From: Dehalococcoidia bacterium
GTDB lineage: Bacteria; Chloroflexota; Dehalococcoidia; Plut-88900
Length of the DNA stretch: 64,000 nt
Assembly: GCA_965249275.1 (NCBI GenBank)
Contig: CBDFLQ010000007.1
Coordinates: forward strand, 928,001-992,000
Direction: 5' to 3'
The position numbers and the translations under genes were made by a program. The notes under the pieces were generated by a model. That model made no database searches. It had not been told where the DNA came from and worked only from the letters and a program-made list of their open reading frames with translations. Below, one piece after another: positions 21,383 through 31,996 of this stretch (its first letter is position 1; every line of letters starts with the position of its first letter).

Positions 21383-21636
21383 CCAGGGCGTCTTCCATCG
21401 CCTGGGGGTCAGGGAAGGGGGCACGGGACCCGGTGGGGATGAGGAGATGGCGACTTTCGCTTGTGCCGCGGGCCTGCGCGGGGGCCGTTGGGATGGGCTT
21501 AGGCGTTGAGTCCTCGGGCGGGTCGGGTGGGCTCCCCTGGGTGTTGGGTTCCTCCTTAAGGTAGTTGGGTTAGGTGGTCTAGACCTGGCTACAATATAGA
21601 ACATAAGTACTTATAATGTCAAGAGGGTGATGCCAC
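21383..21636 (-). repeat. ~250-bp dispersed repeat, copy A (promoter + LexA-like box + AAGGAGG)
   Basis: Co-linear similarity to 52838-53089 (shared ccagggcgtctt.ccatcgcctggg, gatgaggagatggcg.ctttcgcttg, ttgggatgggctt, gttgagtcctcggg, ggttcctccttaaggtagtt). Confidence 0.9.
21593..21622 (-). promoter_or_regulatory. Promoter with overlapping LexA (Cheo-type) box
   Basis: TTGACA-N18-TATATT; AGAACATAAGTACT at 21598-21611 lies in the spacer. Confidence 0.65.
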
Positions 21637-21961
21637 CCCTCTATGTGAACGGGATCAGCTGATGTATATCCTTAACAATAGGGTGTCGCTGCTAGCTCAA
21701 ACTAAAAGCATCATAGATTTATGATGATATAATCAACGACCAGATGGCCCCACCACTGGTCGAGAGATGTTCGGCTGGCAATCGTCAGGTCAAAAAATGG
21801 CGGACCCGGCTTACTTTGAGGTCACCTCAATTAAGCTGGGAGCATTTTGGACTGGATCTTCGGACCACGGAAACCTCGTGCGGGCGATTAGAGTGTCATA
21901 AGGACCTGCCCGCGTGAGATTGCGACTGTTCCTCTCGTCGCAGGGTGTTGGAGATTAGCAG

Positions 21962-22744
21962 ATGAACCTGACCAAGATACTACGGCGCAGGTTGTCAATC
22001 ACAGTGTTGGTGATGGGCTTGATGTTGCTGGCAGCGGCATGTGGATCAGAACCGGCACCCACTGTTGCGCCGACCTCCGCACCCACCGCTGCGCCGACTC
22101 CCACACCAACCCCTGAGCTGACGCTGGATAGTGTCCTTTCGAGCGCGGGCCAAGGGTTGGCCGAAATGTCCACGGCAAAGTTTCAAATGATCGACGAATT
22201 GGAATCGGGGTCCCAGTTCTTTGGAATGACTTTGAAGAACGTGGAAGGAGAAATAAAATCTCCGGACAGTTTCAGGATGCTGGTGAACGTGGAGACTCCA
22301 AATTTCGGATTTGTGGCAATCGAAATGATGGCGGTCGGGGAACAGGCATACATGAAGTTCTCCAGAGACGCGCCTTGGGCCCCACTGCCTTTAGACCAGG
22401 TGCCCTTTAATTTCGGGGGTATGGGCGTAACTCTGAGTGAATTGCTGCCCATCCTCAAGGATGTATCTGTTGCTGGCCGGGAGTCTGTAGACGGTATCCA
22501 AACCGTCCGCTTAGATGGAAATGTTGTGTCTGAGGAGATGTCGAAGCTCATCACGTCCGTAGACTCAGGCCATCCAATCCAGCTGACCTTTTGGTTTGAC
22601 GAGGCTGGATATACTTTGCGGCAGTTCAGAATGATCGGCAAACTTTTCAATGATGACGCTCCGGAAACCAGCCGCCTAGTGGGGATCATGAATGTCAATG
22701 CTCCAGTCGACATCCAACTCCCAGATATCGCCTCCGGACAGTGA
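21962..22744 (+). CDS. LppX/LprAFG-family lipoprotein
   Basis: Lipobox LAAAC, Pro/Thr linker, beta-rich LolA-like body ending NAPVDIQLP; GTGA overlap with the downstream MFS gene. Confidence 0.8.
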   Translation: MNLTKILRRRLSITVLVMGLMLLAAACGSEPAPTVAPTSAPTAAPTPTPTPELTLDSVLSSAGQGLAEMSTAKFQMIDELESGSQFFGMTLKNVEGEIKSPDSFRMLVNVETPNFGFVAIEMMAVGEQAYMKFSRDAPWAPLPLDQVPFNFGGMGVTLSELLPILKDVSVAGRESVDGIQTVRLDGNVVSEEMSKLITSVDSGHPIQLTFWFDEAGYTLRQFRMIGKLFNDDAPETSRLVGIMNVNAPVDIQLPDIASGQ

Positions 22745-24228
22745 AAGCAGTTAGGTCTCGCCTCACGTCCCTGGGTTCTTCCCAGTCGGTTGTCCTAGGA
22801 ATTCTTTGCCTGGGGGTATTCTCGACTGCCCTGGACCAGACTGTGGTAGTTGCCGCGCTGCCAAGCGTAATGGTGGATTTGGAAATCCCCCTTACGGACT
22901 TAGACAGAGCGTCCTGGATCGTAACCGGGTATCTGGTCAGCTACACAGTGGCCATGCCGTTGGCGGGGCGCCTGTCCGATGTCCACGGCCGCGTCAGGAT
23001 GTTCCAGCTGGCGCTTCTTCTGTTCTCCATCGGGTCTGCGTTTGTTGCGGTAGCTCCGAACTTCCCTTGGGTGGTGTCAGCCAGGGTGCTTCAAGCCGTC
23101 GGGGGAGGGGCCACGGTCCCCATAGGGCTGGCTATGGCAGTGGGAGCTGTAGCACCGCAGCAAAGGGGAATTGCCCTGGGACTCGTGGCTGCCTCAGCAG
23201 AAGCCGGGTCTGTATTGGGCCCCCTCTATGGAGGCGCCATAATCGAATGGATTGGCTGGCGGTGGATATTTTGGCTGGACATACCCCAGAGCTTCTTTTT
23301 AATAGCGCTTTTGTCCATCTTGCCGAATCGCGCCAACCCTGCGGCTAAAATGGACTACTTTGGGGCGCTGGCGCTGGGAGGAGCCCTCACCATTCTAACC
23401 ATTGCGCTGTCTCAAAGAAGCATCTTTTCAGTAGAGTCCATTGTCCCCTATCTTATGGTAGGGGTCGGAATCATACTGGTCTTGGTCTTGATCCTGGTGG
23501 AGAGACGTGCGGTCCAGCCCCTGCTTGCATCTTTCCTGTACAGCTCGAGAGCGTTCTTGTCCTCCAACATTGCTCAGTTTCTGGTTGGGGTCGCTTTGAT
23601 CATCTCTTTAGTAGCCGTCCCTCTTATGGCCGCCACCGTCATGGAGAAGTCGGCATGGGAGAGTGCCCTCCACTTAGTCCGTCTTACGGCGGCCATTCCG
23701 GTGGGAGCAGTGATAGGAGGCTACATTCTGCGCTGGACTGGAGTCAGGGCGGTGTGCATCACTGGCCTAGCGTTTATAGGAACGGGCCTGCTGTTCATGA
23801 GCGGATGGGAGACGGAGGTGGAGGAACTCAGGCTATCTGTGCCCTTGGCAATGACGGGTTTGGGATTCGGGCTGGTGATCCCTGCCATAAACACCAGTGC
23901 TTTGAGCGCGGCTCCTAGTCACTATTGGGGCGCCGCGGCCTCATTGGTAACTGCGTCACGAATGGTGGGGATGGCATTGGGACTATCAGCGTTGTCCGCC
24001 TGGGGTATAGAACGCTTCTACAGCTTGACCTCCCACGTGACGATTGGAGAGACTTTCGAGGAGACCGAGGCCCCATTGATAGAAGCTGGGGTGACCGTCT
24101 TCCAGAACCTTTTTATGATCGCGGGGTTCCTGGCCTTGGTTGCCATCTTGCCGGCACTGCTGATGAAAATGGAAGATGGCGAAGAAGCGGAGTCCTTGAC
24201 CATAGCCACCAGCCATATGGATGGCTGA
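22741..24228 (+). CDS. 14-TM MFS transporter, P55/Rv1410c-like
   Basis: ALDQTVVV, WIVTGYLVSYTVAMPLAGRLSD, EAGSVLGPLYG, RMVGMALGLSALSAWG. Confidence 0.88.
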   Translation: MKAVRSRLTSLGSSQSVVLGILCLGVFSTALDQTVVVAALPSVMVDLEIPLTDLDRASWIVTGYLVSYTVAMPLAGRLSDVHGRVRMFQLALLLFSIGSAFVAVAPNFPWVVSARVLQAVGGGATVPIGLAMAVGAVAPQQRGIALGLVAASAEAGSVLGPLYGGAIIEWIGWRWIFWLDIPQSFFLIALLSILPNRANPAAKMDYFGALALGGALTILTIALSQRSIFSVESIVPYLMVGVGIILVLVLILVERRAVQPLLASFLYSSRAFLSSNIAQFLVGVALIISLVAVPLMAATVMEKSAWESALHLVRLTAAIPVGAVIGGYILRWTGVRAVCITGLAFIGTGLLFMSGWETEVEELRLSVPLAMTGLGFGLVIPAINTSALSAAPSHYWGAAASLVTASRMVGMALGLSALSAWGIERFYSLTSHVTIGETFEETEAPLIEAGVTVFQNLFMIAGFLALVAILPALLMKMEDGEEAESLTIATSHMDG

Positions 24229-25159
24229 GCTGATGCCCGGTCGGGCAAGAGGCTGCTAGGCCTGAAACGCGTGGCCTGTTCGCTCCCCATTTGCCCAAAG
24301 TAAGACGTCCCGGGTTATAGTGCGCTCGGCCGTACCTTTCCCTTCCTTTTCATCTAACCCTCCCCTCCATGTGCCGAAGGGCCAATCATGCCTTTGACGG
24401 TAGTTAGCTAGAACGTGCATTAGGCTAGCTCCCGCTCACCCCGTAGCAGCGAGATTCCTAGAAGGTCCCTAACCCACAGCCCAGAAATCATTTGCTTCAC
24501 CGAGGCCAGCACCAGCCTCCTGGCTGAGGGTAGCCATGTCATCTCCTCTGAGCCCGACTACGGATACCCCATCTTGGAGTAGTCGCCTCCCTGTCAACTG
24601 CTCCAACCCACCTTTCCAGACCCTAGCGAAGGACCACTCCTCTGTCCTCGCAGTGAGAGCTGTAACCCAGTCCCACGTGTTGGTCAATAAGTCTGCGAGG
24701 AGCGTTCCAGCACCTGGGCTACCCTCCAATTTTAGTTCGTACGCGGGCTTGACCTCAACGTAAGTAGATGATAGTTATGTATGATGCGTTAGTATTAACT
24801 GGCGATATGTTCGTAGTACACTATCTATTGGGATCGAATGCATGAAGTCATACTTAGTGCTTGTTGTTCTCCTTTGTCCCTGCGGGTTTGGCACTCCGAG
24901 CGGATCCCGAATGGTTGACAAAGCCCTTCTAAATGATCCCTCTCCATCTGTGTTTTGCAGTGGTCTCGATGAGTGTCTTTATGGGCAATGGTTCGAGCAT
25001 AGCTAGGACACCGATGCGATTCCAAAAGGCTAATCCTCAGCACAAGGTCCGAAGTCAGGCGTTGGCAATGGTCGTCTGCGAATAGGACGTCCGTGGTGGA
25101 AGTGGCGCGCCTGGGGTGATCGCGGTTGGAGTCATCCGTCAGCTCTCAACGCCATAGGG

Positions 25160-28100
25160 ATGACGGTGGGGGCGTTGCTTTTGGGGACTGCAGCGGTAGT
25201 TGTACCTGATATGGGTCCAGATGCGCGGCACTCCTTAGCACTCGAGTCGCCAACGCTGCACATCGAATGGAGAGACCATTCCATCGATACCCACAGGGAT
25301 AACCCCATCCGATTTAACGATGCCTCTATATCGTCCACCGGATCTGAGGTCAACCCTGCAGGCATAAGGGATGCATGGAACTACTATCGTGACCTCGACC
25401 CAGCTCAGACCAGTGACGGCACTCTATTTAATCTCCGTTTCAGCCCAGTGGAACACTGGAACGGGGACAGTGCAGATCCCAGCAATCTAAGCAAAACTTG
25501 CCCTAGCGGCCCTATGCTTACTTCCCTCACCGTGAGCGCTGGCACTCTCTCCCCCACTTTCAGCGGTGACGATGTGGAGTACACCGTACCAGACGTCCCA
25601 TATTCCACTCGAACCCTCACTATCACCGCCACCGCGGGGCCCGGCATCGATGGCCCCTACTTTTATGACGTTTCGTGGAAACCGCTGGAAGACCTGGACG
25701 AAATGACCCCAGGCCACCAGATATCCCTCGCCGTAGGGGAGACGACGGTCAATGTAAGCGTGTACAAGGGAGATCCTTACCGAGACTACACCCTAGTCAT
25801 AACCAGATCCAAACCCACGGTCAGCATCCGGGCCTTAACCACGGGACCTGCTATCGAGGGCGACACGCTGCAGTTCGAAATAAGTAGATCCTCCGCTGCG
25901 GCCGACGCCTTGGCTGTACGGGTGGCCGCGGATGAACTCGACGCGATCCCAGGCGAAGTCCACGATGACATTCTGCCTGACTCTGCGGAAGATAAGTCGC
26001 CCCTGTACTACATCGAGGCTGGTGATTCAACTGCAATATTGGAGGTTGAGACGACTGGAGACGAGATATGGGAGAACCACTCAAAAATCGAGATGAAGAT
26101 AGTGAGCGACGACTTGTACATCATTGACACGGAAAGCAGTCGGGCCTCGGTTGTCGTGAAGGATGATGAATTCGTGGAGTCGGAGGCCGTGCTCAGCGTC
26201 TCTCCCAATCCCATCGGCGAGGGCATGGGTGAGACGATAGCCACCATCACAGTGACTACGAAAGGGGACAAAAGGCCCCACGGCAAGGTCACTATTCCCC
26301 TAACCACCTCCGATGGCACGGCCACCTCGGGGGAAGATTATACGGAACTGGACACGACTCTAACTTTCGCCGAGTCGGACTTCGCCCAAGTCGACCTGGA
26401 TGGCAATACTCGATACCGAGCCATCAAAACCGCTGACATCTCCATCACGCAGGACAGCGTTGACGAAGACATTGAGTCCTTCAGTGTCGGCATGGGCACC
26501 CCCTCCAATACGCTAGTCACTTTAGAGTCAGGCTCCGCCGATACATCTGTCACGATTACTGACGATGACGTGACTGTAACGCCTCCAGTCCTCACTGGCT
26601 TGATCATCAACCCTGGCACGCTAACTCCAATGTTCTCCTCCGGCCATCTCTCCTATAACGTCCCCGACGTTGGGTATGGGACTCATCTTATAACCATTAC
26701 CGCCACACCCGAGTCAGGTGCCGAAGTCTCTTTTCTGGACTCTTCCAATAGCGTCCTCGTCGATCTCAACGATATGACCGAAGGTCAGCAGGTATCCCTC
26801 AAGATAGGGCAAACCTCCGTCAAGGTGAGAGTAGCCAAGGGAGGAGTCACTCAAGACTATACCCTCGTTATGACAAGGGCAAAGCCCACTATCAGCATTA
26901 GTTCCTTGACCACCGGGCCCGGCACCGAAGGCGACACCCTCAGCTTCGAGTTGAAGAGGTCTATAGCTGCAGGTGACGTCTTAGCCGTTAGTGTGGCCAT
27001 CAGCGAACTAGGAGTTGACGCTGACTCCGACCCAGGCGATCTCTTCCCTGACTCCGAAGAAGGGGGTTCACTGTCATACGAAATCGCAAGTAACGAGACC
27101 ACGGTCACTGTAGAAGTGGAAACCACAAGGGATAACGCTTGGGAGAACCACTCCAAGATTCAGGTTAAGGTCGTAGCGGACGACCTTTATGCCATTGATT
27201 TAGAAAGTGGCACTGCCTCGGTTGTCGTGAAGGATGATGATTTCGTGGAGTTGGAGGCGGTGCTTATCGTTTCTCCCAATCCCATCGGCGAGGGCATGGG
27301 TGAGACGATAGCCACTGTGACCATGACTACAAAAGATGACAAGAAGCCCCACGGCAAGGTCACTATTCCCCTAACCACCTCCGATGGCACGGCCACCTCG
27401 GGGGAAGATTATACGGGGACTGACACCACGTTAACTTTCTCCGAGTCGGACTTCGCCCAGATCGACCTGGATGGTAATACTCGATACCAAGCCATCAAAA
27501 CCGCTAACATCTCCATCACGCAGGACAGCGTAGACGAAGACGATGAGTCCTTTAATGTCGGTATGGGAACCCCCTCCGATACGCTAGTTATTTTAGAGTC
27601 AGGCTCCGCCGATACATCTGTCACGATTACTGACGATGACGATCCACCTATCCTTACTTCCCTATCCCTCAGCGCCGGAACACTCACCCCTACCTTCTCC
27701 TCCAGCCATCTCTCTTATAACGTCCCCGACGTTGGGTATGGGACTCATCTTATGACTATTGTCGTCGCCTCTGAGTCAGGCACTTCGGTGTCCTTCCTTA
27801 ACTCTTCCAATAGCGACCTCGTCGATCTCGACGATATGACCGAAGGTCAACAGGTATCCCTCAAGATAGGGAATACTACCGTCAAGGTGAGGGTAGCCAA
27901 GGGAGGAGTTACTCAGGACTACACCCTCGCCATTACAAGGGCAAAGCCCACAGTCAGCATTAGTTCCTTGACCACCGGACCCGGCACCGAAGGCGACACC
28001 CTCAGCTTCGAGTTGAAGAGATCTATAGCCGCAGGTGACGTCTTAGCCGTTAGTGTCGCTATCGGCGAGCTAGGTGTTGAAGCCGACTCCGACCCAGGCG

Positions 28101-31100
28101 ATCTCTTTCCCAACTCCGAAGAAGGGGTGTCACTATCATATGAAATCGCAAAGAACGAGACCACGGTCACTGTAGAGGTGGAAACAACAGGGGATAACAG
28201 CTGGGAGAATCACTCCAAGATTGAGGTTAAGGTAGTGGCGGGCGATTCCTACACTATCGACTCAGAAAGTGGCACTGCCTCGGTTGTCGTGAAGGATGAT
28301 GATTTCGTGGAGTCGGAGGCAGTGCTTAGCGTCTCTCCTAATCCCATCGGCGAGGGCATGGGTGAGACGATAGCCACCATCACAGTGACGACGAAAGGGG
28401 ACGAAAGGCCCCACGGCAAGGTCGCGATTCCCCTAACCACTTCCGACGGCACGGCCACTTCGGGGGAAGATTATACGGAACTGGACACGACTCTAACTTT
28501 CGCCGAGTCGGACTTCGCCCAGATCGACCTGGATGGTAATACTCGATACCGAGCCATCAAGACCGCTGACATCTCCATCACGCAGGACAGCGTTGACGAA
28601 GACGATGAGTCCTTTAGTGTCGACATGGGTACACCATCCGATACTCTAGCCATCTTAGACTCGCGATCAGCCAACATATCCGTCACGATTACCGACAATG
28701 ACGATCCACCTGTCCTTACTTCCCTATCCATCAGCGTCGGCACACTCACCCCTACCTTCTCTTCCAACCAGCTCTCCTATGACGTCCCCAATGTAGCGTA
28801 TGGGACTCATTTGATAACCATTACCGCCACACCAGAGTCCAGTGCCGAAGTCTCTTTTCTGGACTCTTCCAATAACCCTTATGAGGATCTCGACGATATG
28901 GCCGACGGCCACCAAGCCTACCTGGAGATTGGCAAGACTACATTGAAAGTTCGGGTTGTCAGGGGAGACTCGGCGCAAGACTACAGCATGGCTATAACAA
29001 GGGCCAAACCCTCGGTCAGTATAAGAACGTTGACTGACAATCCCGCCACAGAGGGCAACTTGCTGCGCTTCGAGATAGAACGGTCCGAGGCGGCTGGGGA
29101 CGTACTTGAAGTGCGGGTGGGAATGGACGAACTGGATGTGATTGACGAACAAGGGCACGGGGACATTCTCGCAGACGCCATCGAAGACACCTCCCCGTTC
29201 CGGGAGATCGCGCCGAATCAGGCTACGGCAGTGTTCACCGTGGAGACTGCCGGCGACATCGTCTGGGAGGAACATTCCTTGATCGAGATGAAGATCAAGC
29301 CCGAGGATTGGTACAGCATAGATGCTGCCGCGGGAACAGCCACTATAGTTGTGGAGGACGATGATTTACCGGAGTCTGAGGCTGTGCTATCTGTATCACC
29401 TAATCCTGTTAACGAGGGTAAAGGCCAGGCAACTGCGACCATCACCGTAACCACGGAATACGACCAAATGCCTCATGGCCAAGTCTCGATTCCCATCACA
29501 ACCTCGGACGGATCTGCAAAGGCTGGCGAAGACTACGCGGAGTTAAGCGACAGCCTAGTCTTTGCTGGACGGGACTTCTCTGCAATTCAGATAAATGGCG
29601 ACACTTTCTATCGAGCAGCCAAAAACGTGGGCATTGCGATAGTCCACGATAATGTAGACGAGGAAGCGGAGACCTTTAATGTGATGATGGGCTTGCCCAG
29701 CCAAAGCATCGTCGGTGTAGACTCGGATACCAGGATTGTCTCAGTAACCATTGACGATGACGATAACAGCAAGCCAACAGTCACAGTTACCACTTTACCT
29801 TCCCCGGCGAGCGTGTTCGGGCGTGGAGTTGTCACTCTCGACGGCGAGTCTAGCGACTCCAACGAGGCTACGCTCACTTACCTCTGGACCACGACTCCAG
29901 CGGAAATTGGCGAGTTTGGCGACGACAAGATGGAGGACACTACATGGACGGCTCCCGCCCCCCTTGCTGAGGTCCAGACCGTGATCTTGATCCTCACCGT
30001 GACTGACAGTGGCACACCGCAAGAGCAGGGGACAGCTACCGCTTTCGTGACGGTGCAGGCCAATCAGGGTCCGTTTGCTAAAGCTTCCGCATCGAGCGAC
30101 ACCGTCCAAGGTGATGGGATAATCGCACTTACCGGCAGTGGGGCTGACCCTGAGCAAGGCCCCATCACCTATACATGGTCAGGTGACGGAACCTTCAATA
30201 ACGCCGATGCCAAGGACACCACATGGACTGCTCCTCGAGCCACCAACCGGGAGCGGCCCATCACCCTGACCTTGACCGTCACCGATGAGTTAGAGGTGAG
30301 TGATACGAGCGTAGTACAAATCATCGTGGCTGCGGTGAACAGCACGCCTTCGTTTCCCGTGGCCGAAACGGGTGAGCGCTACGTGGATGAAGGAAGCGGG
30401 GCAGGAGACAACGTGGGCGAGCCGGTAGAGGCTGTAGACGAAGAAGGTGATAGCCTCACCTATATACTGAGTGGGATGGATGCTTCGTATTTCGTGATCG
30501 ACGGCACAGGGCAGATAGGGGTGGGGAGCACCACAACGCTGGACTATGAAATCAAGGTTTTATATGCGGTGACTGTATCAGTGTCAGATGGCAAGGATGC
30601 GCACGGAAACACTGACTTAAGTGTGGACGACGCTATAGGAGTTACCATCAGAGTGGTCGATGTTGAGGAGGACGGTAACGTATTGCTCTCACCGTTACCG
30701 CCGCAGGTGGGCGAGGTAATGACTGCTAGGGTGATGGACTCAGACAACTACATTCCGCCCGATAACTTGGGGCTCATTCCCGCCAGCGCTGTCGAGTCCT
30801 GGTTATGGGAGCGTTCTAACGATTCCGACGAGCCTTGGGTGACCATAGCCAACACGACAACAGACAGTTATGCATTGGTGGTTGCCGATATGGGTAACTA
30901 TCTACGGGCTACGGCTACGTATACCGACCGCAGGGGTCCGGATAAGACCGCAAGCGGGGTGTCGGGGGAGGTGGCGCCAGGCATACCTTCCGCTCCAATT
31001 GCGCCGATGGCTGCTTATCACCATGCCGTCATGGGTTTGGAGGTGAGCTGGTCCCCGCCTTTAAGTGATGGAGGTGACCCAGTTATTGAATATTTGGTGC

Positions 31101-31942
31101 AATGGAGGTCCACACCCGCACCGGGTTGTCCCGAGAATGGGGGCTGGGAGAACGTAAGTGGTTCCGGAAACAACGAGGGAAGTGATGAATGCGTCACCGT
31201 GATTGATCAACGGACCGTGACTAGCACGACATATACAATCACTACTCTCGACTCAGCTGTCCTTGTTGCGGGGACCACCTATGACGTGCGAGTGTCCGCC
31301 GGAAACGCAGTGGGAATCGGGGATTGGTCTGAAGTGGTGAGCGCTCGGGTGCCTTCGACAGACGCATCCCTAAACTCCCTAACCGTAGACCCTGTGGACA
31401 TTAGCGAGTTCAGGGCTGAGGCCACCTCATATAGCTTAACGGTCGGTAGTACGGTGACCCAGGCAACGGTCTCCGCCACAACCGCCGATACCAACGCTAC
31501 GGTGGCATTCGGTCCTCTTGTCGACTCCGATATGCTAAGAGCAGGCCATCAGATAGCACTGCATCCTGGCGATACCATCATTGCGGTGACAGTCACCGCC
31601 GAGGATGGGGCCACTACACGGACGTATACGATCATTATTACGCAGGTAACGGGTAACAGCGCGCCCAAGGTTTCCGTTACGCCCGATTTGGCTACCGTGA
31701 ACGGCTGCAATGCAGTCTCGCTAAACGGCACGTCTAGCGACCCGGAGAACGATACGCTTTCCTACTTCTGGACTGCCAGCGCCGATATCGGGCACTTCGC
31801 CGACGAAAGTTCGGAGGACACCGTATGGACGGCTCCCGCGCCTGGGGCAGTACCTCAGACAGTCATATTAACTTTAACGGTCACGGACGGCGGAGGCGAG
31901 TCGGCGACCGATAGGGTGATAGTAACCGTGAGGGCCCATTAA
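25160..31942 (+). CDS. Giant surface protein/adhesin: 4x(cadherin-like beta-sandwich + 2 Calx-beta-like), PKD-like, cadherin, FN3
   Basis: 2260-aa acidic Thr/Ser-rich ORF; TSDGTATSGEDY..TLTF, D..DE..E.F, LDYE....Y.VTVSVSDG and SDGG.PVIEY.VQW motifs. Confidence 0.9.
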   Translation: MTVGALLLGTAAVVVPDMGPDARHSLALESPTLHIEWRDHSIDTHRDNPIRFNDASISSTGSEVNPAGIRDAWNYYRDLDPAQTSDGTLFNLRFSPVEHWNGDSADPSNLSKTCPSGPMLTSLTVSAGTLSPTFSGDDVEYTVPDVPYSTRTLTITATAGPGIDGPYFYDVSWKPLEDLDEMTPGHQISLAVGETTVNVSVYKGDPYRDYTLVITRSKPTVSIRALTTGPAIEGDTLQFEISRSSAAADALAVRVAADELDAIPGEVHDDILPDSAEDKSPLYYIEAGDSTAILEVETTGDEIWENHSKIEMKIVSDDLYIIDTESSRASVVVKDDEFVESEAVLSVSPNPIGEGMGETIATITVTTKGDKRPHGKVTIPLTTSDGTATSGEDYTELDTTLTFAESDFAQVDLDGNTRYRAIKTADISITQDSVDEDIESFSVGMGTPSNTLVTLESGSADTSVTITDDDVTVTPPVLTGLIINPGTLTPMFSSGHLSYNVPDVGYGTHLITITATPESGAEVSFLDSSNSVLVDLNDMTEGQQVSLKIGQTSVKVRVAKGGVTQDYTLVMTRAKPTISISSLTTGPGTEGDTLSFELKRSIAAGDVLAVSVAISELGVDADSDPGDLFPDSEEGGSLSYEIASNETTVTVEVETTRDNAWENHSKIQVKVVADDLYAIDLESGTASVVVKDDDFVELEAVLIVSPNPIGEGMGETIATVTMTTKDDKKPHGKVTIPLTTSDGTATSGEDYTGTDTTLTFSESDFAQIDLDGNTRYQAIKTANISITQDSVDEDDESFNVGMGTPSDTLVILESGSADTSVTITDDDDPPILTSLSLSAGTLTPTFSSSHLSYNVPDVGYGTHLMTIVVASESGTSVSFLNSSNSDLVDLDDMTEGQQVSLKIGNTTVKVRVAKGGVTQDYTLAITRAKPTVSISSLTTGPGTEGDTLSFELKRSIAAGDVLAVSVAIGELGVEADSDPGDLFPNSEEGVSLSYEIAKNETTVTVEVETTGDNSWENHSKIEVKVVAGDSYTIDSESGTASVVVKDDDFVESEAVLSVSPNPIGEGMGETIATITVTTKGDERPHGKVAIPLTTSDGTATSGEDYTELDTTLTFAESDFAQIDLDGNTRYRAIKTADISITQDSVDEDDESFSVDMGTPSDTLAILDSRSANISVTITDNDDPPVLTSLSISVGTLTPTFSSNQLSYDVPNVAYGTHLITITATPESSAEVSFLDSSNNPYEDLDDMADGHQAYLEIGKTTLKVRVVRGDSAQDYSMAITRAKPSVSIRTLTDNPATEGNLLRFEIERSEAAGDVLEVRVGMDELDVIDEQGHGDILADAIEDTSPFREIAPNQATAVFTVETAGDIVWEEHSLIEMKIKPEDWYSIDAAAGTATIVVEDDDLPESEAVLSVSPNPVNEGKGQATATITVTTEYDQMPHGQVSIPITTSDGSAKAGEDYAELSDSLVFAGRDFSAIQINGDTFYRAAKNVGIAIVHDNVDEEAETFNVMMGLPSQSIVGVDSDTRIVSVTIDDDDNSKPTVTVTTLPSPASVFGRGVVTLDGESSDSNEATLTYLWTTTPAEIGEFGDDKMEDTTWTAPAPLAEVQTVILILTVTDSGTPQEQGTATAFVTVQANQGPFAKASASSDTVQGDGIIALTGSGADPEQGPITYTWSGDGTFNNADAKDTTWTAPRATNRERPITLTLTVTDELEVSDTSVVQIIVAAVNSTPSFPVAETGERYVDEGSGAGDNVGEPVEAVDEEGDSLTYILSGMDASYFVIDGTGQIGVGSTTTLDYEIKVLYAVTVSVSDGKDAHGNTDLSVDDAIGVTIRVVDVEEDGNVLLSPLPPQVGEVMTARVMDSDNYIPPDNLGLIPASAVESWLWERSNDSDEPWVTIANTTTDSYALVVADMGNYLRATATYTDRRGPDKTASGVSGEVAPGIPSAPIAPMAAYHHAVMGLEVSWSPPLSDGGDPVIEYLVQWRSTPAPGCPENGGWENVSGSGNNEGSDECVTVIDQRTVTSTTYTITTLDSAVLVAGTTYDVRVSAGNAVGIGDWSEVVSARVPSTDASLNSLTVDPVDISEFRAEATSYSLTVGSTVTQATVSATTADTNATVAFGPLVDSDMLRAGHQIALHPGDTIIAVTVTAEDGATTRTYTIIITQVTGNSAPKVSVTPDLATVNGCNAVSLNGTSSDPENDTLSYFWTASADIGHFADESSEDTVWTAPAPGAVPQTVILTLTVTDGGGESATDRVIVTVRAH
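25508..29765 (+). repeat. Four intragenic ~1062-bp tandem units
   Basis: Unit starts at ~25508, 26582, 27644 and 28706 (exact 1062-bp spacing for units 2-4). Confidence 0.92.
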
Positions 31943-31996
31943 ACCATATGGCGCTCGTTGATTATGCGCCGGGAGCAATATCAGGAGGACCCTCGG

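Noticed and set aside
21796-21810. TGGCGGACCCGGC resembling a tRNA 3'-end att remnant
   Set aside because: Does not match the 3' ends of the four tRNAs in this window beyond a few bases
25508-29765. DGR-like template/variable repeats in the adhesin
   Set aside because: No reverse transcriptase; differences are not adenine-specific and the repeats are in-frame domains
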